Shown: positions 18,642 to 28,032, counted from the first letter of the stretch. The stretch is DNA of 64,000 bases from an uncultured virus (IMG/VR IMGVR_UViG_3300020577_013858) (IMGVR_UViG_3300020577_013858), one strand, 5' to 3'. Numbers and translations: made by a program. Notes: generated by a model from the sequence alone, not told the origin.

Positions 18642-19348
18642 GACGATTTCCTCGTGACGACGTAAGCGATGGCGCCCGCCGCAAGGATCGCGGCGGCGGC
18701 GATGAGGGCGAAGTGGACGGTCGAGCTGGTCGGCGGCGGAGCGCCCACGGCGGAAGGGTCCGACGCATCGACGACGACCGCGCCCGCGAGACGCTCAGTC
18801 ACCGGGACGGGGGCGGGCGGATTGATCGCGACGGGCTGCGCAGGCGCGAGCGCCACGGGCGCCGGGCCGCCATTGCCACCGGACGCAGGTGCAGTCGTCG
18901 GGCGAGCGGGCGTGACGCGCGGGGCGGTCGTGGCCGCGCGCAGCGTCATGGTGGCCGTGTCGATGCGCGCGGAGACGATGCGAACGCCCGAGTCGAACGC
19001 GCGTGCGAGGGCGCCGACGTCGACCTCGACGCCCGACGCGAGCACCGCCTGTGCGGCGAGCGTGGCGAGCGTGGCGCGCAGCGTGTCTTGCTGCACGACC
19101 ACGACGATGTTCGAAGTGAGCCGGAAGCGCTTGCGCGCAGGCGCCGACTCACGCGGCGTCGTATCGACGAGCTGAGTGTTCGGGTTCGGCGCGCGCGCCG
19201 TCGAGACCCCGATGCGATTCGGAAGCACGTCGCGCGTGCCCGCCGACCACGCGCGTACGCTCGCATCGAAGGCGGCGGTGTTCGGCCGCACGCCCTCCGC
19301 GAAGAGCACGCTGACGGTGACGTTGTAGGTGCTAGGCGCGAGGTTCAC
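18638..19348 (-). CDS. Putative virion membrane protein (C-terminal TM)
   Basis: VNLAPSTYNV...; Pro-rich linker; FALIAAAAILAAGAIAYVV. Confidence 0.65.
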   Translation of the reverse strand: MNLAPSTYNVTVSVLFAEGVRPNTAAFDASVRAWSAGTRDVLPNRIGVSTARAPNPNTQLVDTTPRESAPARKRFRLTSNIVVVVQQDTLRATLATLAAQAVLASGVEVDVGALARAFDSGVRIVSARIDTATMTLRAATTAPRVTPARPTTAPASGGNGGPAPVALAPAQPVAINPPAPVPVTERLAGAVVVDASDPSAVGAPPPTSSTVHFALIAAAAILAAGAIAYVVTRKSS

Positions 19349-19539
19349 GCGGGGCTCCGTTGGGCCTGGTTGGCGAGAAGGGCCGTCGCCGGAATCGTGA
19401 GAAGCAGCGGCGTCGGGGCCGGGATGGGGCGCGCGTCGCCCTCGGGCACAGGGGCCTGCGTTTCCTCCTCCGCCGTGGTGGGCGGCCGAAAGAGGTAGAG
19501 GGCGATCCCTCCGAGGGCGACGAGCGCGAGCCACTTCAC
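19345..19539 (-). CDS. Small membrane protein (64 aa)
   Basis: KWLALVALGGIALYLF. Confidence 0.6.
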   Translation of the reverse strand: MKWLALVALGGIALYLFRPPTTAEEETQAPVPEGDARPIPAPTPLLLTIPATALLANQAQRSPA

Positions 19540-19552
19540 AGGGGTTCTCCCG

Positions 19553-19699
19553 CTAGGTGGCCGTGTTGGCGCCCGCCGCGCCGCCCGCGGTGGGGGTCAT
19601 CGGGCGCTTGACGAACATCGCCCACACGAGCGCCGCCCCGAGGGCGAAGGCGGCGGTGTGCGTGACGGCCGGGTGCATGACGTAGCTCTTGATGTCCAT
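19553..19699 (-). CDS. Small membrane protein (48 aa; not in ORF track)
   Basis: Hand translation MDIKSYVMHPAVTHTAAFALGAALVWAMFVKR...; AGGAG upstream. Confidence 0.65.
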   Translation of the reverse strand: MDIKSYVMHPAVTHTAAFALGAALVWAMFVKRPMTPTAGGAAGANTAT

Positions 19700-19730
19700 G
19701 ACGAATTGATCTCCTGGGGTTGTGGACGAT

Positions 19731-19743
19731 GCGAAGCCTTCGC
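19731..19743. repeat. Dispersed palindrome copy 3 (intergenic)
   Basis: GCGAAGCCTTCGC. Confidence 0.9.
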
Positions 19744-19765
19744 GGAGGGTGATCGCGCTCGCCTT

Positions 19766-20182
19766 TCAGTTGGTCCGCGCCGTGGATGCGTCGCGGGATG
19801 AAGCCTGTCCGTTGCCGGGTGCGCTCGCGGCGTCGCGCGTCGCGCCGCCCGTGTTGGCGAGCGCGCGGGCGGCGTCGCGTTGCCTGCACACCGCCGAGTC
19901 GGGGTGACTGATGCACGCGATTTCGAGCTCGTGCGCGCGCTGCGCGTCCGCGTTGCGGTCGGGGAGCACGCGCCCGAGCACGGAGGTCGCCACCGTGGCG
20001 ACGCTCGACACGATCGACGCGGCTTCGCTCTGCGCGGGCTGTTGAGGCTGCGCGTAGGGCGTCACCGTCTCGGGCGGGGGCGTGGGCGGCGTGGGAGTGC
20101 GGGTCGCGAGATAGATGCCACCGAGGAGCACCGCGGCTCCGGCCGCGACGAGTCCTACGATGGCGCCGGTCGAAAGAGCCAT
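19766..20182 (-). CDS. Membrane protein (138 aa)
   Basis: N-terminal TM, Pro-rich linker. Confidence 0.65.
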   Translation of the reverse strand: MALSTGAIVGLVAAGAAVLLGGIYLATRTPTPPTPPPETVTPYAQPQQPAQSEAASIVSSVATVATSVLGRVLPDRNADAQRAHELEIACISHPDSAVCRQRDAARALANTGGATRDAASAPGNGQASSRDASTARTN

Positions 20183-20185
20183 GGG

Positions 20186-20638
20186 TCACCTCTGCGTTTG
20201 CGCCGCGACGGACGTCGTCGGGACGACGCGCAATTGCACGCGCACGCCCTTGAACGTCACACCGGACGGGTTGAAAAGTTCGAGTTGGTCCGCGCCCTCG
20301 ACGACGATGGCGCCATAGACGTTGCGGTCGTTGAGGATCGCGAGGTTGATGTCCGCCGCCGTCATGACGGTCGATTCTTCAACGACTTGCGGCATCTCCG
20401 CGGCGAGAAGCGGCGAGGTCGGGCCGCGCAGCACGCGCAGCGTGACGTTGCCGATGGGCGCTCCCAGAAACGGGTCGGCGGACACCTCGACGCGGAACGT
20501 GAGATCCTTCGTCCACGCGGGGAGATTCGTGAGCCGCTGCGTCGCGCCGTTGTCGAGCGTGGCGAGCTCCAGGGTGCTCTGGGGGATGGGCTGCGCGCCC
20601 TTGACCGTCTTCGCGCCGCCGCCGCACGTGGCCGCCAT
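20186..20638 (-). CDS. Beta-rich protein, candidate single jelly-roll penton/minor capsid protein
   Basis: 150 aa of alternating beta strands (LTFRVEV, VTLRVL, VRVQLRVV); near the capsid candidate. Confidence 0.45.
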   Translation of the reverse strand: MAATCGGGAKTVKGAQPIPQSTLELATLDNGATQRLTNLPAWTKDLTFRVEVSADPFLGAPIGNVTLRVLRGPTSPLLAAEMPQVVEESTVMTAADINLAILNDRNVYGAIVVEGADQLELFNPSGVTFKGVRVQLRVVPTTSVAAQTQR

Positions 20639-22257
20639 TAGAGTTCCCTCCCGTATGCGTCACGCACGCGAATGCACGGACGTCCCGAGATCGCGTCGCC
20701 GCGCCGATGGGGGTAGCGGTTGCCGCCGTAGCAGTCGCCGTCACGGCCCTGGCAGCCCATCTCGTCTTCGGTGCGAACCGGCGTGATGCCGTCGCGAATC
20801 AGCACGAGGTCTCCCCGGCATTCGAAGCGAGGCCCGAGCACGAGGTTCGTGATGAGGATCGCGAGGCCGGTGATGCCCGCCGCGATGCCACCGATCAGCG
20901 GCGACGCCGCGAAGAGTTGCATCGACGCGACCGTCGCGCCGTTCAGGATGGCGTTCCACGTGTCGCGCACGCCGCCGTCCCCGACGCCTTGCACGAGCTG
21001 CATCCCCGCGCCGCCGACGCCCGACGAGGCGAGCGCTCGCTCCGCGCGCGCCGCTCGCTCCCGGGCGACCTCCGCGAGATAGCCTTGGAGGCCCGCGCCT
21101 TCGGCGAGTTCGAGCTCCCGGTAGGCTTTCTTGCAGAGCGCGGCGTGGTATTCGAGCGCCGCGTTGACGTGCGCCGTCGCGCCGATGTCGAGCATGAAGC
21201 GACACGCGTTCGCGAGCTGCACGAGGTTCCCCACGGCGTCGGCGTAGTCCTGGGAACCCCAATTGTGCGACGTCGTCGGGCGTCGCGACTCCTCCTGCGC
21301 GCGGGGCGCGCGCGCACGCAGCGACGAGAGCCACAAGGGATCGCTCCGCCCCGCGGGCACGAGACCCGCGGACTGCACGGGCATCGCCCGCGTCACCCGG
21401 AAGTACGGGTGATAATTTTTGTACTGGTAGCGGAGATCGACGGAATCCCACACGCCACCGCTGTGAAACGCAGGCTCGACGCCGTTCAAGAACAGCACCG
21501 CACCGGGCGACCATTCGATGTTCGCGTTGGCGCCGTGCGAGAGCAGCACCATGAGGCGCCCCATCTCGTTCATCGCACCCACGAACGCATCGTCGGAGAA
21601 ATCGCGTCGATCCCAGAGCCGCTCCTTCGCGTAGATCCGCCGCCAGTTCACCGGCAACGGGACGCCCGGGAGAAGGTTGCCGTTGGTGAACGGCGTGTAT
21701 CCGAACGCCGTCGCGGCCATGTCGTAGTTGTCGTTGACGAGGCCCGCGTAGCGCGGGAAATCCGCCCACGCGCCCGTGACGATGCGCTGGTCGCCGTACC
21801 CACCGTAGGAGACGACCGGGCCACGGTCGCCGCTCCACTGGCCGCTCGGGTTGAGGTCTTGGAAGCGCCGCACGTCGGGCGGTGCCGCGGGCCGGTCGTA
21901 GGTGAGCGGGCCGTTGGGTCCGGTGAGCTGGTCGAGGAGCCGCGTGAGCTGCGTCTTCGCGTCGTCGTAGCTCGCTTCGATGAGCAGGAGCGAGTTGACG
22001 GACACGTCCACCTGGCCGAGACGACCCGTGCGTGGATCGCGTGCCTCAAACTTGAAGCGCCGGGTTCGGTCGCTGAACGAGTCCGAGGTCGAGAACCGTG
22101 CGATGTCCGCGCGCTCCTGTGCGGAAAGCTCGGGGGGGCGGGGCGGCGGGGGGGGCGTGCGAAACGAACGCAGGTAGTCGCGGGCGAACGCCGCGAGGAG
22201 ACGGTCTCCCGCGAGTTCGAAGCGCCGCTTGACCGGGTTGCGGTAGAGGTCGATCAC
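20638..22257 (-). CDS. Putative virion protein (539 aa) with C-terminal hydrophobic helices
   Basis: GTG start with GGAGG, overlapping the upstream microprotein stop; LIGGIAAGITGLAILITNLVL. Confidence 0.65.
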   Translation of the reverse strand: MIDLYRNPVKRRFELAGDRLLAAFARDYLRSFRTPPPPPRPPELSAQERADIARFSTSDSFSDRTRRFKFEARDPRTGRLGQVDVSVNSLLLIEASYDDAKTQLTRLLDQLTGPNGPLTYDRPAAPPDVRRFQDLNPSGQWSGDRGPVVSYGGYGDQRIVTGAWADFPRYAGLVNDNYDMAATAFGYTPFTNGNLLPGVPLPVNWRRIYAKERLWDRRDFSDDAFVGAMNEMGRLMVLLSHGANANIEWSPGAVLFLNGVEPAFHSGGVWDSVDLRYQYKNYHPYFRVTRAMPVQSAGLVPAGRSDPLWLSSLRARAPRAQEESRRPTTSHNWGSQDYADAVGNLVQLANACRFMLDIGATAHVNAALEYHAALCKKAYRELELAEGAGLQGYLAEVARERAARAERALASSGVGGAGMQLVQGVGDGGVRDTWNAILNGATVASMQLFAASPLIGGIAAGITGLAILITNLVLGPRFECRGDLVLIRDGITPVRTEDEMGCQGRDGDCYGGNRYPHRRGDAISGRPCIRVRDAYGREL

Positions 22258-22418
22258 GCGCGCCTCCGTGCCTTGCACGGGCACGTGGCCGCGCCAGTCG
22301 GACGTGCGGGAGGGGGGCGGGGAGGGGCCGCAACCGGGCGCGACGCACGCGGGTTCGCGAGGGCGAGGAGTCGGTCACCCTGCGCTTCGAACCACTGCTT
22401 GATCGCACCCGGTTGCAT
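22254..22418 (-). CDS. Microprotein (54 aa; not in ORF track)
   Basis: Hand translation MQPGAIKQWFEAQGDRLLALANPRASRPVAAPPAPPP...; GAGGTG upstream. Confidence 0.65.
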   Translation of the reverse strand: MQPGAIKQWFEAQGDRLLALANPRASRPVAAPPRPPPARPTGAATCPCKARRRA

Positions 22419-22446
22419 CACACACCTCGACGAAGAAAGCCGCGAA

Positions 22447-24102
22447 CTAGCCCGTGGTGAGACCCTTGGAGGCCATGCCGCCCGCGCCGAGCGCCGCCGC
22501 CGCGTTCTGCACGGTCATGTCCTGCACGTAGCCCGTGAGGCCCTCGACGAGATCGGCCTTCGGCGACGTCGGGTCGTCGAACGTGGGGATGAACTTCTCG
22601 GTGCCCAAGCAGCAAACGCCACCGAGCATCTGGATCTTCGCGCGGTCGCCCGCGTCGAGGTTCACGAGGATGTCCTCCTGCGCGACGGTGTTGCTCACGT
22701 CGCCCACGGTGGTGTTCCACGTGCCGGTCGTGACGATCGATGCGTTGCCGCACGTGGGGTCGAGCGTCCCGAGACCGGGGAAAGACGACTGCGTGAGGTC
22801 GGTCCGTGCGAACGCGCGCACCGGGCACGAGCTGACGAGCCCGAGCACGGTTTCGAGGTCGACGTCCACGATGTTCGCGTAGCCGAGTCCGAGCACGGCC
22901 CGGCCGCCGACGATCGACACCTGCGTGGAAAGGCCGGTGCGCAGGGAGTGGTTGAACTTGCCCCCGTTCCAGAAGTTCGTGTAGACCTCCCGCGGGTTGC
23001 GCTCGAACGAGTAGCCCGAGGGGTAGACGGTCTCCTGTCCCTGGAGATACTCCAGGGTGTTCTCGGGCCGGAAATCGGCGTTCACATTGGGATACGCGAT
23101 CCGGTACGTGTAGGTCTGGGCGTTGATCATCTCCGTGAACGTGTCGGCCATCTGCGTGTTCGGGAGCGTGCCCGTGAGCAGCGGCACCTCCCCGCCCTGG
23201 AACACGAACGGCGACGTGTTGCGCTGCACGGGCCTGTACCACCACGGGATGCCGTGGCGGATGGGTTCTTTCATCGGCACGGCGATGTTGTACGTCCAGA
23301 GCTCGATGGCGTTGATCGCGATGGCGCCCGTGTCGTCGGCGTGAACGAGACGGCCCTCGAACTGCACGAGTTGCGACACCTCGACGAACCACTGCGGGGC
23401 CTGGCCGCCGCTCGGAGCGCACAGGGTGTTCAGCGGGAGCGAGTCCTGCTTGAAGTTGCCGCTCTGGATCGCACAGAGCGGGATCGCGTACATGAAGTTG
23501 ACCGTCTCGACGACCTGCGGAGCCGCGCGGATCGTGAAGAGGTCTTCGAGCGCCCGCCAGTACGTGTCGTAGTCGTCGAGACCGGGGTAGATGAACCGGC
23601 TCTTGGAGACGTACGGGAAGCTCGCGCCGAGCGCGGTGTCCTCCATCACCTCCGACTTCGGCCGCAGCCCGACCTTGGGTCCGCACGGGAGCGTCGCCGA
23701 GTCCGAGTAGAAGTTGCGGTCGAGGAACTGCGCGGGCGCGTTCACGATGGCGCCGATGAAGTGCAGCTTCGCGAGGTCGAGCGGAAGCTGCATGTAGGGG
23801 CGGTTGAAGCTGTTGGTGATGTTGACCTGAAAGAAGCTCCCGAGCTGGAGCTTCGACGCGCGCAGCGTCGCCGCGCCGCCCGCGGTGTCCGACGTCACCG
23901 TCGCGTTGATGCGGATGCCGATGCACGGCACCTGCACGTGGTTGCCCGACTGCTTGTAGATGCCGGGCATCTCGGGCCGGAACTGGAGACGGCGCACCTG
24001 TCCCGGCGTGACGACGCCGTTGTACTGGTCGTGATACATCCAACGCCCCACGGGCGGGATGTGGGAGACGAAGCGCTTGGCGCCCGAGCTCGCGGTGGTC
24101 AT
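22447..24102 (-). CDS. Candidate major capsid protein, jelly-roll (double jelly-roll-like), 551 aa
   Basis: Beta-strand series IGIRINATVT, FFQVNIT, VNFMYAIPL, WFVEV, IELWTY; no TM; GAGGA RBS; close to packaging-type ATPase. Confidence 0.55.
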   Translation of the reverse strand: MTTASSGAKRFVSHIPPVGRWMYHDQYNGVVTPGQVRRLQFRPEMPGIYKQSGNHVQVPCIGIRINATVTSDTAGGAATLRASKLQLGSFFQVNITNSFNRPYMQLPLDLAKLHFIGAIVNAPAQFLDRNFYSDSATLPCGPKVGLRPKSEVMEDTALGASFPYVSKSRFIYPGLDDYDTYWRALEDLFTIRAAPQVVETVNFMYAIPLCAIQSGNFKQDSLPLNTLCAPSGGQAPQWFVEVSQLVQFEGRLVHADDTGAIAINAIELWTYNIAVPMKEPIRHGIPWWYRPVQRNTSPFVFQGGEVPLLTGTLPNTQMADTFTEMINAQTYTYRIAYPNVNADFRPENTLEYLQGQETVYPSGYSFERNPREVYTNFWNGGKFNHSLRTGLSTQVSIVGGRAVLGLGYANIVDVDLETVLGLVSSCPVRAFARTDLTQSSFPGLGTLDPTCGNASIVTTGTWNTTVGDVSNTVAQEDILVNLDAGDRAKIQMLGGVCCLGTEKFIPTFDDPTSPKADLVEGLTGYVQDMTVQNAAAALGAGGMASKGLTTG

Positions 24103-24449
24103 GGAATCGTCCTCGCTGGTGTGGGCGCCCTTTGCGCCGGAGAGAAGGGTTGCGTTGTCGGTTGCGAAGGCTTCGCACGCTCGTGGGGTCGCGCGGTCCG
24201 GGGGGTCATCATTGCGAGCGACTCTTGCGCGAGGCGCATCGCGACGAGACCTCCGAGCACGCTGGCGACCCCTTCGCTGTCCTCGAACGTGGCATTCGTG
24301 AGCGCGAGGCCCACGGCGAACGCGCCGACCGACACGCCGACGTAGAGCCGTGGCGGCGTCGAAAGCGGTGGACGTTCGTTCGGCCACGCACGGCCGATAC
24401 CGACGCCGAGCGCGAGAAGAGCGAGCGAGGTTGCAACGGGCAACGACAT
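24099..24449 (-). CDS. Membrane protein (116 aa)
   Basis: Two to three hydrophobic helices. Confidence 0.55.
   Translation of the reverse strand: MSLPVATSLALLALGVGIGRAWPNERPPLSTPPRLYVGVSVGAFAVGLALTNATFEDSEGVASVLGGLVAMRLAQESLAMMTPRTARPHERAKPSQPTTQPFSPAQRAPTPARTIP
24163..24177. repeat. Dispersed palindrome copy 4, about 60 bp upstream of the capsid candidate
   Basis: TGCGAAGGCTTCGCA. Confidence 0.9.
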
Positions 24450-24555
24450 GCAAGCTCGTTTTCCTAGCGAAACGGGACGCGCTCAATCGGCTTTTTGGGT
24501 GTGGCGTGCTTTTGTCTTGGAAGTGTGCGAAACGACCCGTGATTTCGGATCGACC

Positions 24556-25611
24556 TCAGAAGCCCGACGCGGTGCCGATCGTCGGTTGTGCGGGCACGAT
24601 CAATTCGGGCGGATAGCTCGGATAGAGCGACTCGCTCACGCGAAACACCTTCACCTTGGGGTGATCGCACACGACGAAATGCACCATGCCGCTCTTCGGT
24701 TCGGCGCACTGCGACGCAGGCACTTTGATCGCGCCGAGCTCGTACGCGTTGAACGCCGTAGGCCGCCACAAGCACGCGGTCCGCATGTTCGCGAGCGCCG
24801 CGGGGTGAAGGTCTTTCGTGCGGTGGCCCGTGGTGTCGATGGTCACGCGCGCGTTGCGCGCCTGTCGCATCTCCTTCCAGAAATCTTCATCTTCGTGACG
24901 GACGGCGCCTGCCTCGTCGATGAAGAGACGGTAACGCGGGCCGATCTTTTTCAGCTCGTCGTCGGAGAGACGCGACGCTTCTCCGATGCCCTCGCGGATG
25001 GAGTCGCGCACGTGCGCGAGCAGCCCCGGGAGACGCGCCGGTCCCGAGAACAGGTGATCCGAGTCCATGCACTTCGCGAGGAACGCGAGCCGCTGATACG
25101 CTTTTTTGAGGAGCTCTTCGCAGAAGTGGTGCTTCTGGTTGAGCGGGATGATGCGCTGCTTGCCGAGCTCGACCTCGTATTGCGCGGGCGTGAACCCGAA
25201 GCTCTCCGCGCGTCGTGCGCGAAGCTCCTGCACGGACAGGGGCGGGTCGTAGCTCTTCGCGTCCTCTGCCTCGAACTGCGCGCGGAGCTGTTCGAACTGC
25301 GCGTCGCTCGACGCGCTGCGGAGTCGCTTCTGACGCTCGTACTCGCGCTTGTAGGCGCCGTGAATCGTGCGCAGGTGGCGCATGACGTCGCCGTTGGAGT
25401 CGTAACCGAACCACGGAATTCGGTAGTAGTACGCGCCCTGCAAAGAAATGCGCAGGAGCGTGTGCGTCTTGCCGCAACCCGCGGGGCCAAGCCCGAAGTT
25501 GATGGACCCCGCCTGCTTCTTCGCTTCGTTGATGCGGCGCGCGAGCTCGGTGTTCGCGTCGGTCACGCGCGAAGCAAATTCCGCGACGGCAGGGTTGCGG
25601 CGAAAGAGCAT
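24556..25611 (-). CDS. FtsK/HerA-superfamily ATPase, probable genome packaging ATPase (P9/A32-like)
   Basis: Walker A GPAGCGKT, following strand WFGYDSNGD, Walker B LFIDEA, arginine-finger segment RQARNARVTIDTTGHR. Confidence 0.75.
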   Translation of the reverse strand: MLFRRNPAVAEFASRVTDANTELARRINEAKKQAGSINFGLGPAGCGKTHTLLRISLQGAYYYRIPWFGYDSNGDVMRHLRTIHGAYKREYERQKRLRSASSDAQFEQLRAQFEAEDAKSYDPPLSVQELRARRAESFGFTPAQYEVELGKQRIIPLNQKHHFCEELLKKAYQRLAFLAKCMDSDHLFSGPARLPGLLAHVRDSIREGIGEASRLSDDELKKIGPRYRLFIDEAGAVRHEDEDFWKEMRQARNARVTIDTTGHRTKDLHPAALANMRTACLWRPTAFNAYELGAIKVPASQCAEPKSGMVHFVVCDHPKVKVFRVSESLYPSYPPELIVPAQPTIGTASGF

Positions 25612-25614
25612 GGC

Positions 25615-26634
25615 CTACTGCGTCTTCGCGTCGGGCGCGGGTTCAGGCGTCGGGGCGGGCGTTGCCGTCGTGGGCGGGGGTGCGGTCTTCACCTCAATCT
25701 TGGAGGCGCGGCGACGCATGAAGACGTCGACGAGCATTCCGATCACGTGCGACCCCCCGATCATGACCGCCGCACCGACGCGCAGCGAGTCTTCGTTCTT
25801 CTGCGCCCACTCGAAGCTCTTTTGGAGCGCCGTCGCGGGGCCGTGCGCGAGGTTGTACATGACGGCCATGCCGGTCGTCGCGGGGAGGATCGACACGAGC
25901 GTGTGCTCCTGCGTCGTGTCCGCGAGGAGCGCCGGGGGGATCTCACGTCCCGGGTGAACCGAGAGCACGGGCGGCGCGTTCGGCGCACCGCGCGGGCGCG
26001 ACTGCACCGTCACGAACGTGTCGCAGAAGAGGTCGTTGAGGTTGCCGCTCTGGAGAAGCTCGGGAAACGGCTTGTCGGTGTTGAGGTCGTACGGCACGCC
26101 CGCGGGGAGTTTCGGCTCCAGCCCGAGGCGTCGCGCTTCGGCGAGCGCGTCCTCTTGGCGTTCGTCGAGGATGCGACTCGTCGTGCGCGTGCTCTTGAGC
26201 AGCTTGGCCGTGAGGTCGAGGCCCTTGTCGGCGAGCACGCCCATCGAGCAGCCGATGGTCGCGCGATCGGAGCGCGTGAGCTTCTCGGGCTTCCCGCCCT
26301 TGCGCGCCTTGCCCTCGGCGCCCGCGGTGTTGCCCGCGACGGCACCGAGGAGCGACACCGCGCCCGACGCCGCAAACGGGTTTTCGGCGGAGACGCCCGG
26401 GGGTTCGGGCATCACCAGCGGGGTGACGTTCTCGACGCCGCTCGCGTCCGCGGGCTGCGTTGCGGATGCCTCCGGTTCGAGCGTCGGTTCGGTGCCGAGC
26501 GTCGGTTCGGTGCCGAGCGTCGGTTCCGCGGGCGGGTCGGCGCCCATGCCCGAGACTTCTTCGTACTCGGTGGCGACGGTCGTGACAGGTGCGCCTTCGG
26601 GCGCGTTCGGGGCGTTACGGTTCCTGCGTGCCAT
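25615..26634 (-). CDS. Hypothetical protein (339 aa), disordered N-terminus, hydrophobic segments near C-terminus
   Basis: MARRNRNAP...; EPTLGT repeats; GGAG upstream. Confidence 0.65.
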   Translation of the reverse strand: MARRNRNAPNAPEGAPVTTVATEYEEVSGMGADPPAEPTLGTEPTLGTEPTLEPEASATQPADASGVENVTPLVMPEPPGVSAENPFAASGAVSLLGAVAGNTAGAEGKARKGGKPEKLTRSDRATIGCSMGVLADKGLDLTAKLLKSTRTTSRILDERQEDALAEARRLGLEPKLPAGVPYDLNTDKPFPELLQSGNLNDLFCDTFVTVQSRPRGAPNAPPVLSVHPGREIPPALLADTTQEHTLVSILPATTGMAVMYNLAHGPATALQKSFEWAQKNEDSLRVGAAVMIGGSHVIGMLVDVFMRRRASKIEVKTAPPPTTATPAPTPEPAPDAKTQ

Positions 26635-26660
26635 GTGGTGTGTGCTCCGTGCAGTGCGAT

Positions 26661-27515
26661 TCAGGCGCTCGCGCGCGCCGCTGCGACGGCGCCTGCGAGG
26701 ATCGCGGCGCACACCAGCAACAGCGCGATCGTCGCGCGGGGGTCGGTCGAGATTTGATGGGCGCCTTCGGCGAGCACGTTGCGGGCGCGCTCAGAGAGCG
26801 TCGGGGGCTGGCCGGTCTTGCGTTCGAGCGTCACCCACGTGACGACGCGACGCCCGTTGAGGTTGTAGTTGTACTCGGGCGTCCCGTCCAACGTGGTGTC
26901 CACGTACAGCGCCGCCGATCCGCCGCCGTCGAGGTAGCCCGCCCACGTCACCGTCGCGCCGCCCGGGAGACGGAGGCCCGCGAGCACGTCGGCGAGCTCG
27001 GGCATCGTGATGCGCGGGGAGAGCGCGAGAAACACGCGCCCGTCCGAGAGGATGCCGATCGCGGGTCGCTTGTTCGTGTCGACGTCGCGGAGCCCTTGCG
27101 TCTTCGCGCCGTCGATCACGAGGGAGGGATACGCCTGGACGCGAAACGTCTCGTCGGGCGTGCGCGGACCGCCATCGCCGCGCGCGCCGACCGCGCGCCC
27201 GTTGCGCACGATGACCGCGATGCCGCTCTGCGCTTCGCGCGAAGGAACGTCGATCGCTCGCGCGGGGTAGTAGTGCGCGAAGCGCGCGGTGCCGCACTGA
27301 AAGTCGTCGTAGTCCCGGGCGCGCTCGTTCGCGCAGAACTCGAACATCGGGCCGTCCACGGCGGCGAACACCTCGACGCCTGCACGTCGAAGCGTGGTCA
27401 CCGTCTCCTGCGTGGTACGGGGGGAGGTTCGGTGATCGACGAGTCCGAGCATGTCGGGCGTACCGATCACCATGCGCAGGTTGCCGATCGTGAGCAGCTC
27501 GACGCGATCCATCAT
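26661..27515 (-). CDS. Phosphodiester glycosidase (NAGPA/DUF2233-like) with C-terminal membrane anchor
   Basis: AAVDGPMF, RPAIGILSDGRVFL, ITMPELADVL, YLDGGGS; TM IALLLVCAAILAGAVAA. Confidence 0.8.
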   Translation of the reverse strand: MMDRVELLTIGNLRMVIGTPDMLGLVDHRTSPRTTQETVTTLRRAGVEVFAAVDGPMFEFCANERARDYDDFQCGTARFAHYYPARAIDVPSREAQSGIAVIVRNGRAVGARGDGGPRTPDETFRVQAYPSLVIDGAKTQGLRDVDTNKRPAIGILSDGRVFLALSPRITMPELADVLAGLRLPGGATVTWAGYLDGGGSAALYVDTTLDGTPEYNYNLNGRRVVTWVTLERKTGQPPTLSERARNVLAEGAHQISTDPRATIALLLVCAAILAGAVAAARASA

Positions 27516-27757
27516 GACGTGACCCCTTCGTAGAGAAGCACCGTCGCGACCAGCAACAGCGCCGCGCCCGTGGCGATGGCGGCGTCGCGTCGCGCGCGCT
27601 CCAGCGCTTCGGTGCGTGCGGGGTTGGTCGGCACGGCGCGCGGGTCGGCGCGCTTCCATCCGAGCGCACCGAGCACGGGCGAACCGAGCGCGTAGAGGCC
27701 CGTTCCTGCGACGAAGAGCGCACCGCCGATCGGACCCTGGACCGAGGCCATCGCCAT
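27512..27757 (-). CDS. Two-TM membrane protein (81 aa)
   Basis: Two hydrophobic helices; GGAGG upstream. Confidence 0.6.
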   Translation of the reverse strand: MAMASVQGPIGGALFVAGTGLYALGSPVLGALGWKRADPRAVPTNPARTEALERARRDAAIATGAALLLVATVLLYEGVTS

Positions 27758-28032
27758 TAGAACCTCCGCGACCGCGCGCGCGCCTGTGCGGCGCGTCGGA
27801 TCGTACGAAACCGCTCAAGAAGCCCGTAGGTGCGCGTCCATCGCCAGAACGTCCGCTCGCTCCAGCGCAGCGACGCCGCCGCCCGCTTGACGTTGCCGTC
27901 CATCCGCATCACCGCGCGCTCCATTCTTTCGATGACGGCCGATCGCGTCGAGGCGTACTTCGCCGCGCGCGCCGGGGGCGTCAAGCGACCCCGAAGGGCG
28001 TTCTTCTGCGCTTGTTCCAAGGTACGGGACAT
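27757..28032 (-). CDS. Fis-type HTH regulator (91 aa)
   Basis: AVMRMDGNVKRAAASLRWSERTFWRW. Confidence 0.75.
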   Translation of the reverse strand: MSRTLEQAQKNALRGRLTPPARAAKYASTRSAVIERMERAVMRMDGNVKRAAASLRWSERTFWRWTRTYGLLERFRTIRRAAQARARSRRF

